DNA of 64,000 nt, taken from positions 11,969-75,968 of the forward strand of contig JAIPHX010000003.1 of NCBI GenBank assembly GCA_021734995.1, in the 5' to 3' direction. Below the pieces are notes generated by a model. The model was not told where the DNA came from. It saw only the letters and a program-made list of their open reading frames with translations, and did not search any database. Positions 18,388 to 26,056 of this stretch are shown here, one piece after another (position 1 is the first letter of the stretch; each line of letters begins with the position of its first letter). The position numbers were made by a program, and so were the translations under genes. This DNA comes from Minisyncoccota bacterium. Its GTDB lineage: Bacteria > Patescibacteriota > Minisyncoccia > Phycocordibacterales > UBA9973.

Positions 18388-18987
18388 ATGAAAAATACAT
18401 TTAATAATATAGAAAATAATAATATAAAAATTGGTTTTCCAAAGGTTTCAGAGATTGATCAGGTTTTAAATATACAAAAATTAGTTTTATTGAAAAATAA
18501 AAATTTAGGATTCAAAGAATCTTTAGAGATGGAAGGTTTTCTTGTAAATGAAATAACTAAAAATGATCTTGATTATGCAATAGAACATAATCAAAAAGAA
18601 TCTTTTTTCATAGTTTCAAGAAATAAAGATACTAAAATTAATGGTTATTTTCTTGCTTATGATATGGAATATTTTCTTGCAAATCATCCTGGTTGGTTTA
18701 TTGAATCTGGGGTTAGTCCTGAAACAATTAAAAACAAAAAAGTGCTATACGGCAAACATCTAGCTTCTGATGGAACTATCAGTGGAGTAGGAAAATCTTT
18801 AAATATGAAGATGTTTAATTTAGTAAAAAAACAAGAATATTCTCTCTATTTAGGAGAAATATGTGAGGGTCCAGTAAAAAACGATAAATCTTTAAATTTA
18901 CATTTAAACAAATTTGGAATGAAGAAGATAAGTGAGTATAAAGATTCAAATAATTTTGTTTGGGGTGTGTATGTTAAAGAAATTTAA
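18388..18987 (+). CDS. Putative GNAT-family N-acetyltransferase
   Basis: ISGVGKSLNMKMF resembles GNAT motif A (R/Q-x-x-G-x-G/A). Size 199 aa. Adjacent to the ANT-like gene. Confidence 0.35.
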   Translation: MKNTFNNIENNNIKIGFPKVSEIDQVLNIQKLVLLKNKNLGFKESLEMEGFLVNEITKNDLDYAIEHNQKESFFIVSRNKDTKINGYFLAYDMEYFLANHPGWFIESGVSPETIKNKKVLYGKHLASDGTISGVGKSLNMKMFNLVKKQEYSLYLGEICEGPVKNDKSLNLHLNKFGMKKISEYKDSNNFVWGVYVKEI

Positions 18988-19128
18988 AGAGTTATTAGTT
19001 TGGTATGAAGTATGCTATATTTCAAAAATATCATATGTAATTATCTACAAAATATTCCATGCAGGAAAAACTAAAAAATGATACAATTTATGTATTGAAA
19101 ATAATGTATATTAAAGAGAATTAAAATT

Positions 19129-19500
19129 ATGAAAAAGAAAGAAATGGCACCAAAAATAAACATTAAAACTTTAACTGAGCGTATAATAGATTTTCGTGAT
19201 GCTAGGGATTGGAAGCAATTTCACAACCCAAAAGATATTGCGTTATCTCTTGTTTTAGAGGCAACTGAAGTGATGGAACATTTTCAATGGAAAAGTAAAG
19301 AAGAAATGGAAAAATATATTGTCACTAATAAAGCTGATATAGCTGAAGAACTTGCAGATGTTCTGTATTGGGTTTTGCTCATGAGCAGTGATTTAAAGAT
19401 TGATGTACTCAAGGCTCTCGATAAGAAAATTTTAAAAAATGAAGGGAAATATCCGGTGCACAAAGCTAAAGGGAAACATACTAAGTATACTAAATTATAA
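19129..19500 (+). CDS. MazG-like nucleotide pyrophosphohydrolase
   Basis: EATEVMEHF...AEELADVLYWVL is the MazG EExxE/D metal-binding pattern. Length 123 aa. Confidence 0.6.
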   Translation: MKKKEMAPKINIKTLTERIIDFRDARDWKQFHNPKDIALSLVLEATEVMEHFQWKSKEEMEKYIVTNKADIAEELADVLYWVLLMSSDLKIDVLKALDKKILKNEGKYPVHKAKGKHTKYTKL

Positions 19501-19501
19501 A

Positions 19502-21535
19502 ATGTCTAATATTGTAACTTTTAAATATAAAAAGGAAAATTTTTATGAAATAAAACAATTTAATTTTGGGAGAAATTGGCCAGTAGTCTATTTAATTGAA
19601 GACAAAAAAGAGATTTATATTGGGCAAACAATTAATGCATATTACAGAAGTAAGCAACATTATGAAAATCCAGACAGAAGAAAACTGAGTGAAGTGCATA
19701 TTATAACAGATGAAGAATTTAATGTTTCTGCCACGTTAGATATTGAGTCTTGGCTCATTCAATATATTTCTGCTGATGGTAAATATATATTACAGAATGG
19801 AAATAGCGGGCTTAAAAATCATAATTATTATGATCGTATAAAATACAAAACCAAATTTGAAATAGCATGGAACGAGTTGAGAAAGATGGGATTAGTTAAA
19901 AATTCTTTAGAAGATTTAAAAAATAGTGATTTGTTTAAATATTCGCCATATAAATCTCTTACAGAAGATCAATTTTTTATTGCAAGAAAGATTTTTAGAG
20001 ATATTAAAAGAAACAAAAACAATACTTTTGTTATAAATGGTAAACCTGGTACAGGTAAAACAATTTTAGCTACATACCTTTTTAAATATTTAAAAGAACA
20101 AGATGAAACAAAAAATATGAAAATTGGTCTTGTTATTCCGATGACTTCATTGCGTACAACTTTAAAAAGAGTTTTTAGTAAAATAAAAGGATTGAAATCA
20201 AATATGGTTATTGGGCCGAACGGTGTTGTTCAAGAACAATATGATCTATTGATAGTCGACGAAGCACATAGATTACAACGAAGGAAAGGTATTATGGGTT
20301 TTGGTGCCTTTGATAATATAAATCGTCGGCTTGATTTAGGAAACAATGGTACACAGCTTGATTGGGTTATGAAATCTTCTAAACATCAAGTTTTCTTTTA
20401 TGATGAAAATCAAAGCATAAAACCTGCTGATATTAGATCTGATGATTTTAAAAATCTTAAAACAAAGAGATATGAATTAAAATCTCAGATGCGAGTGGAA
20501 GCAGGAGAAGAATATATCAAATCTATTGAAGATTTTTTTGATTTAAAAATTCCTCAAAATACAAGTTTTCTAAATTATGATTTAAAAATTTTTGATGAGG
20601 TAAAAGAAATGATTACTTTGATTAAAGAGAAAGACAAAAATTATAAATTATCTCGTGTAGTTGCTGGTTACGCATGGCCATGGCATACAAAGCCAAAAAG
20701 TAAATCAACTAAAAAACATGATATTGAGATAAGTGATTTAAAACTTGTTTGGAATTCTACAGCTCAAGATTGGGTTAATTCCCATAATGCTATAAATGAA
20801 GTTGGTTGTATCCATACTGTGCAAGGTTATGATTTAAATTATGTTGGAGTTATCATTGGACCAGAGTTTTATTATGACCCAATCAAGAAAAAATTTGGAG
20901 TAAATCGTGAACAATATTTTGATGTCAATGGAAGAAATGGTATTACAGATCCGAATGAATTAGAAAGATATATTATTAATATTTACAAAACACTTCTTAC
21001 TAGGGGGATTAAAGGAACTTATATTTATGTTGTAGATGAAAATTTAAGGGATTATTTTAAAAAACAATTTAAACAAAAAGTTTCCGAAACAGGTCTAAAG
21101 GAATTTTATAATACAGAAATGATAACCTCTCCTTTCACAATGGAAATGATTAGAATTCCATTAGTTGGTTCTGCTCCATGCGGAAATCCTTTTCTTGGTG
21201 AAGAAAACATAGAGCAGTATATTGAAGTTGAAAAAAATAAAATTAAACCTGGAACAAAATATTTCATAGTTAAAGCAAATGGAGATTCAATGAATAAAGC
21301 AGGTATTAATGATCAAGATTTAGTACTTTGTCGTTACTCTGAAAAAGGTGAAACGGGTGATAAGGTTATTGCATTACTTGATGGTGAAAATGTTACCATA
21401 AAATATTACGATAAAAAAAATGGGCGTAGAATTTTGTTGCCAAAAAGTACAAATATAACACATCAACCAATTTTCCCTAAAGAAGGTGATATAGTTCAGG
21501 GGATTGTTCAAGAAGTTTTGAATAAAAAATCTTAA
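19502..21535 (+). CDS. Tri-domain protein: GIY-YIG nuclease + DUF2075/Schlafen-like DEAH ATPase + UmuD/LexA-like S24 autopeptidase
   Basis: GIY-YIG: VVYLIEDKKEIYIGQT..R.KQH..E..N. ATPase: Walker A INGKPGTGKT and LLIVDEAHRL. C-terminus: cleavage-site-like APCGNP (UmuD Cys-Gly), GDSM Ser and VTIKYY Lys. The start sits 1 nt after the MazG stop (MSNIVTF); the listed ORF start at 19439 overlaps MazG. Confidence 0.7.
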   Translation: MSNIVTFKYKKENFYEIKQFNFGRNWPVVYLIEDKKEIYIGQTINAYYRSKQHYENPDRRKLSEVHIITDEEFNVSATLDIESWLIQYISADGKYILQNGNSGLKNHNYYDRIKYKTKFEIAWNELRKMGLVKNSLEDLKNSDLFKYSPYKSLTEDQFFIARKIFRDIKRNKNNTFVINGKPGTGKTILATYLFKYLKEQDETKNMKIGLVIPMTSLRTTLKRVFSKIKGLKSNMVIGPNGVVQEQYDLLIVDEAHRLQRRKGIMGFGAFDNINRRLDLGNNGTQLDWVMKSSKHQVFFYDENQSIKPADIRSDDFKNLKTKRYELKSQMRVEAGEEYIKSIEDFFDLKIPQNTSFLNYDLKIFDEVKEMITLIKEKDKNYKLSRVVAGYAWPWHTKPKSKSTKKHDIEISDLKLVWNSTAQDWVNSHNAINEVGCIHTVQGYDLNYVGVIIGPEFYYDPIKKKFGVNREQYFDVNGRNGITDPNELERYIINIYKTLLTRGIKGTYIYVVDENLRDYFKKQFKQKVSETGLKEFYNTEMITSPFTMEMIRIPLVGSAPCGNPFLGEENIEQYIEVEKNKIKPGTKYFIVKANGDSMNKAGINDQDLVLCRYSEKGETGDKVIALLDGENVTIKYYDKKNGRRILLPKSTNITHQPIFPKEGDIVQGIVQEVLNKKS

Positions 21536-21550
21536 ATTATTTATTAATAA

Positions 21551-22054
21551 TTGTTCAAAACAATATTATATAGAATGAATAAAACCACAAACTCTCAAGA
21601 ATCTAAAGGACGTGTACGTTTAAAAAAACTTGAAAAAGAAGGGAAGTGGGTTTTTCATGGTTCTGGATTAAAAATAAATATATTAGAGCCCCATCAAGCT
21701 TACAATTATCCAAAGAGTTCAGGGACAAAAGGGGTACCAGATGACAAGCCTGCAGTGTTTGCTTCTGTTTTTGCTGATGTTGCGATTTTTATGGCTGTGG
21801 TTAATAAATTAAATGCTCCATATAATTTTCGAAGTGGTTTTAGTGTGCATGGTGATAATACTTTTGAGTTTAGAGCGACAAAAGAAACAATGGAGCAAAT
21901 TCAGAACGTGAAAGGATATGTGTATGTGTTTGATAAATCAAAATTTAAAAATCGTTCTACGAGTGAATTACTGTCTTATAAAGCTGTCATACCAGATGAA
22001 ATGATTGTGGTTAATGAAAAAGATTTACCAAAAAATATTACTAGCATAAATTAA
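21551..22054 (+). CDS. Hypothetical protein
   Basis: A 167-aa ORF 15 nt downstream of the tri-domain gene. No recognisable motif. Confidence 0.4.
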   Translation: MFKTILYRMNKTTNSQESKGRVRLKKLEKEGKWVFHGSGLKINILEPHQAYNYPKSSGTKGVPDDKPAVFASVFADVAIFMAVVNKLNAPYNFRSGFSVHGDNTFEFRATKETMEQIQNVKGYVYVFDKSKFKNRSTSELLSYKAVIPDEMIVVNEKDLPKNITSIN

Positions 22055-22083
22055 TAGATTTTAGAAATATAATATTAAATTTT

Positions 22084-22587
22084 ATGAAAATAACAGAAGA
22101 CTATTTAGAACAACATACTGGGCATAAATATATTTTTGAATATGAAGAAGTGGATTCTTTTGATGATTTACCGTATGAAAAATGCAGACAATGTTATGGT
22201 GTTTGTTTTTATGATGACAAGATAATAATAGTTTATAACAAGGAAAAAAATGTTTGGGGGATTATAGGGGGTACAATTGAGAAAGGGGAAACATTTGAGG
22301 AAACTCTTAAAAGAGAAGTAAAAGAAGAATCAAATATGGAAATCATAAAAGCTATCCCTATAGGATATCAAAAAGTTACTGATCCAAAAGATAAAGATTT
22401 TGTTCTTTACCAACTTCGTTATGCATGTGCTGTCCGACCATATGGTCCTTTTGTTGCTGATCCAACGGGTTCTGTAACAGAAATCAAGATAATTAACCCG
22501 AAAGACTACAAAAAGTATTTTTATTGGGGGAAAATAGGAGAAAGTATATTTAAGAGAGCTTTAGAGCTAAAAGCTGTTCTTTATTAA
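22084..22587 (+). CDS. NUDIX hydrolase
   Basis: Nudix box GGTIEKGETFEETLKREVKEESNMEI (Gx5Ex7REVxEExN). Confidence 0.7.
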   Translation: MKITEDYLEQHTGHKYIFEYEEVDSFDDLPYEKCRQCYGVCFYDDKIIIVYNKEKNVWGIIGGTIEKGETFEETLKREVKEESNMEIIKAIPIGYQKVTDPKDKDFVLYQLRYACAVRPYGPFVADPTGSVTEIKIINPKDYKKYFYWGKIGESIFKRALELKAVLY

Positions 22588-22701
22588 ATCGATTAAATCC
22601 ATAATACCTCATCTATTGTTTTAGTAAAAAGTTCGGTTTTTGTTTAAGAGACACAGTTTGAATTTTATTTTGTATAAATAAATTATTAGCGATATAATAA
22701 A

Positions 22702-23475
22702 GTGATGAGTGAATATAAAAAAGAATTAGAGATTGCAAAAAATATTGCAAGGGATGCAGGGTTAATTATGCTGAAGTATTTTGATGGAGATCAACATGTA
22801 GAAATCAAAGAAGACAATTCTCAAGTAACCATTGCAGACAAACTTATTAATTCTCTAGTAATAGAAAGATTGAAGGTTGTATTTCCAGAGGATGGGGTAG
22901 TAGGGGAAGAAGAAAGTAATACCGAGTATGGTACTGGAAGAAAATGGTTTTGTGATCCAATAGATGGAACAATGGCTTTTATTTGGGGCACACCTACTTC
23001 AATGTTTTCTTTGGCTCTAGTGGTTGACGGTATTCCTGTCCTTGGAGTTGTTTATGATCCGTTTCTTGATAAATTATATGAAGCAGTAGTAAACCAAGGA
23101 AGTTTTTGTAATGGGCATCCTTTAAAAGTTTCTAACAAAGAATTAAACGATGGACTTGTGGTTACTACAAGTAGTATAAATAAAATAATGAAAAGACCAA
23201 ATCATTTAGTTCGTCTGTCAGAGATGGGAGTGCGTTTTGCTACTTTTAGTGGAGCTGTGTATAAAGCTTGTCTTGTGGCTAAAGGAAAAGCAGAGGCTTA
23301 TTTTGAAGATGGTGTGAACGCTTATGATATTGCTGCAGTGCAAGTGATTGTTGAGGAAAGTGGCGGGAAAGTTACAAATATTAAAGGAGAAAAACTTGAC
23401 TATACGAAACCATTTAAGGGAGCTGTTATTTCAAACAAGACTTCCCATGATGAAATGGTTAAGTGTTGCTCTTAA
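22702..23475 (+). CDS. Inositol monophosphatase family protein (SuhB/CysQ-like)
   Basis: Motifs GEEES and WFCDPIDGT (DPIDGT) are characteristic of the IMPase family. Confidence 0.7.
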   Translation: MMSEYKKELEIAKNIARDAGLIMLKYFDGDQHVEIKEDNSQVTIADKLINSLVIERLKVVFPEDGVVGEEESNTEYGTGRKWFCDPIDGTMAFIWGTPTSMFSLALVVDGIPVLGVVYDPFLDKLYEAVVNQGSFCNGHPLKVSNKELNDGLVVTTSSINKIMKRPNHLVRLSEMGVRFATFSGAVYKACLVAKGKAEAYFEDGVNAYDIAAVQVIVEESGGKVTNIKGEKLDYTKPFKGAVISNKTSHDEMVKCCS

Positions 23476-23605
23476 ATGAAAAAGTGTTAAATAGCATAAA
23501 ATAAAAATTTACAAAAACGTAAAAACGGACAGATGTGTTATAATTTATAGATTACAAGAAAGGGTGAAGTTATAAGAAAATTATAATACCAAATAAGAGA
23601 CAAAA

Positions 23606-24148
23606 ATGGCTTACGAAATAGAAACAAAGGTTTTAGACATAGACTCACTTGATATAAAACAAAAACTCATTGATTTGGGAGCAAAAAAAATTCAAGAAAC
23701 ACGGCTTGTTGTTGATTGGTATAGAATATTGGGGATAAAAGAAGGAGAAGATCCGTGGTTTTTAAGAATAAGATCAAATTCAAGTGGGGGACACGAGGTC
23801 ACATGGAAGGCAAAGTCAGATATTTTAGGGGTGGCAAGAAAACATAAAGAAATTAATTTTGAAATTAATGAGCCAGAAAAATTAGCTGATTTGTTTGAAG
23901 AATTAGGGCTTGAAAAATATGGACATCAAGAGAAAGACAGAACCTCTTTTGTTTATAAAGACTGGCAGTTTGATATAGACCAATATCCTAAAATGCCTGC
24001 ATTCCTTGAGATAGAAGGTAAAAGCGAAGAGTCGGTAAGAGAGGCGATGAAAATTCTTGGGATAGAGAAGAATCCTACTTGGGCAAAAGGAGAAAGGATT
24101 TTAATTCAGGATACTTACGGTTTAGATTGGTATGATATGAGATTTTAA
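23606..24148 (+). CDS. CYTH-domain triphosphate tunnel metalloenzyme
   Basis: N-terminal YEIETKVL (the ExExK CYTH signature). About 180 aa. Confidence 0.55.
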   Translation: MAYEIETKVLDIDSLDIKQKLIDLGAKKIQETRLVVDWYRILGIKEGEDPWFLRIRSNSSGGHEVTWKAKSDILGVARKHKEINFEINEPEKLADLFEELGLEKYGHQEKDRTSFVYKDWQFDIDQYPKMPAFLEIEGKSEESVREAMKILGIEKNPTWAKGERILIQDTYGLDWYDMRF

Positions 24149-24202
24149 TAAATATTTTAAAAAGATAATAAAAAAACACTCAAAGTAAAATAATATCCCC
24201 AA

Positions 24203-25462
24203 ATGAAAAAACTCAAAAACTTCTTAAAAAAGCTTGGTCCAGGATTTATCACAGGAGCAGCGGATGATGATCCTTCGGGAATGATTACTTATGCTCAGAC
24301 AGGAGCTAAGTTTGGTTACAATCAGCTCTGGACATCTCTTTTTAGTTTTCCTTTTATGACTGTCATTCAAGAGATATGTGGAAGGATCGGTATGGTTACA
24401 GGAAAAGGTCTAGCTAGTATTATTAGACATCACTATTCTAAAAAAGTTCTTTTCTTTTCTGTCATCCTTTTGTTTATTGCCAATACAATAAATGTGGGGG
24501 CGGATCTTGGAGCAATGGCTGCTTCTGGTAGGTTGCTTTTTGATATTCCTTTTGGGGTATGGCTTTTGATTATTACTATTTTTTCTGTTGTGTTGCAGAT
24601 ATATGTACCGTATCCTACTTATGCAAAATTTTTAAAATATCTCACCATCTCTTTGTTTGCTTATGTGATAGTAGCTTTTATGGTAAAGCAACCGTGGGAT
24701 CAGATTTTTTTGAAAACATTTATCCCGAGTTTTTCTTGGTCAAAAGAATATCTTTTCAATATTGTTGCAATTTTAGGAACTACCATTTCCCCATATCTTT
24801 TTTTCTGGGAGACAGATCAAGAAGCAGAGGAGGATTTTACCCAACATCGTGTGCGGTCTTATGGTAAGGGAATTCCAAAAGTCACAAAGAAAGATATAAA
24901 AGATATGAGAATGGATACATTTATTGGAATGTTTTTCTCACAGCTTATTATGTTTTTTATTATTATTACCACTGCTTCTACCTTGCATCTAAATGGAATT
25001 ACAAATATAGAGACAGCCGATCAAGCAATTCTCGCCTTGCGTCCTTTGGCAGGGGAGTTTGCTTATATTCTTTTTGCTTTTGCTATTATTGGGACAGGCC
25101 TACTTGCAGTGCCAATTCTTGCAGGATCAGCAGGATATGCTTTATCTGAAGCGCTTGGATGGAAAGCAGGATTGAATTACAAGTTTAAGCAGGCTCATTC
25201 TTTTTATTTAGTGATTGCTATTTCTACCTTGATAGGTGCCTTGATTAATTTTATTGGTATTCCTCCTTTCAAAATGCTTTATTACACTGCTATTTTTAAT
25301 GGAGTGATTTCACCACCTCTAATGGTAATGCTTATGCTTATTTCTAGTAACAAAAAGATATTAGGGGAATATACCAATGGTAGATTTTCTAATATCGCTG
25401 GGTGGATTATTACTATTGTAATGTCTATCACCGCTCTAGCCCTTTTGGTTAGTTTGTTTTAA
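24203..25462 (+). CDS. NRAMP-family divalent metal cation transporter (MntH-like)
   Basis: LGPGFITGAADDDPSGMITYAQTGAKFGYNQLW aligns with the NRAMP N-terminal motif (GPGF...DPGN...AGAQFGYxLLW). Multi-TM, 419 aa. Confidence 0.7.
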   Translation: MKKLKNFLKKLGPGFITGAADDDPSGMITYAQTGAKFGYNQLWTSLFSFPFMTVIQEICGRIGMVTGKGLASIIRHHYSKKVLFFSVILLFIANTINVGADLGAMAASGRLLFDIPFGVWLLIITIFSVVLQIYVPYPTYAKFLKYLTISLFAYVIVAFMVKQPWDQIFLKTFIPSFSWSKEYLFNIVAILGTTISPYLFFWETDQEAEEDFTQHRVRSYGKGIPKVTKKDIKDMRMDTFIGMFFSQLIMFFIIITTASTLHLNGITNIETADQAILALRPLAGEFAYILFAFAIIGTGLLAVPILAGSAGYALSEALGWKAGLNYKFKQAHSFYLVIAISTLIGALINFIGIPPFKMLYYTAIFNGVISPPLMVMLMLISSNKKILGEYTNGRFSNIAGWIITIVMSITALALLVSLF

Positions 25463-25510
25463 TGTGTATAATATAGTAGTGAGAGATTAATAGTTAATCA
25501 TTTAAATAAC

Positions 25511-26056
25511 ATGAATAAAAATATTGTAATTGGGGTAGTGTTGGTGTTGGTGCTTGTGGGGGGTGTATATTATTTTTCTTCTGAAAAAAATGAAGAATCA
25601 ATGATGCAAAATGAATCAGCCGAATTGGTAGAAGAAAATACAGGAGAGGTAATGGAAGAAAAAGAAGCCGTAATGCAAGAAGAAAATGTAACAGAAGGAA
25701 GTGAAGATGAATCTGTGTCTAGCGAAGTGGTAGAAGTAATGAAGAAAGCGGGCTCTTATGAATTATATAGTGCAGAAAAAATAGCTTTAGCTTCTGACAA
25801 TAATGTAGTGCTATTTTTTAGAGCAAGCTGGTGTCCTACCTGTAAAGCGGTAGACAAAGATATTCGAGCAAATCTTGATGAAATACCAAGCGATTTAGTT
25901 TTACTTGATGTAGATTATGATAAATCTTCCGAGTTAAAAAAGAAATATGGTGTCACATATCAGCATACCTTTGTGCAAGTAGATAAAGAAGGGAATATGC
26001 TTAAAAAATGGAGTGGTAGTTCGACACTAGCTTCTATTTTGAAAGAAATAAAATAA
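25511..26056 (+). CDS. Membrane-anchored thioredoxin-family protein
   Basis: N-terminal TM, acidic linker and WCPTCK CxxC active site. Confidence 0.65.
   Translation: MNKNIVIGVVLVLVLVGGVYYFSSEKNEESMMQNESAELVEENTGEVMEEKEAVMQEENVTEGSEDESVSSEVVEVMKKAGSYELYSAEKIALASDNNVVLFFRASWCPTCKAVDKDIRANLDEIPSDLVLLDVDYDKSSELKKKYGVTYQHTFVQVDKEGNMLKKWSGSSTLASILKEIK

Larger units (their letters stand above)
6333..22600. mobile_element. Putative tRNA-Gln-adjacent integrative genomic (defence) island; right boundary uncertain (about 19.1-24.2 kb)
   Basis: Begins immediately 3' of the tRNA. Carries a serine recombinase, helicase, OLD nuclease, R-M genes, Mrr-like nuclease, terS-like HTH and resistance-like genes. 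Housekeeping genes lie on both sides. No flanking direct repeat identified. Confidence 0.4.

Noticed and set aside
19439-19501. Upstream extension of the tri-domain gene (ORF-track start at 19439)
   Set aside because: The extension overlaps the last 62 nt of the MazG-like gene in another frame. The Met at 19502 begins directly after the MazG stop and precedes the GIY-YIG motif at the expected distance.
6333-24150. Direct repeat of the tRNA-Gln 3' end marking the far island boundary
   Set aside because: Intergenic regions at 16181-16448, 16920-17161, 17591-17819, 18988-19128, 22588-22701, 23476-23605 and 24149-24202 were scanned by eye for ggttcgaatcctagtctcgca-like copies. Only a trivial ggttcg match near 17085 was seen. 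The boundary is left undefined; a serine recombinase does not require a tRNA-derived repeat.
24559-24867. 102-aa ORF in an alternative frame of the NRAMP-like gene
   Set aside because: It is fully contained within a well-supported transporter gene in another frame and has a Cys/Phe-rich nonsense-like sequence.
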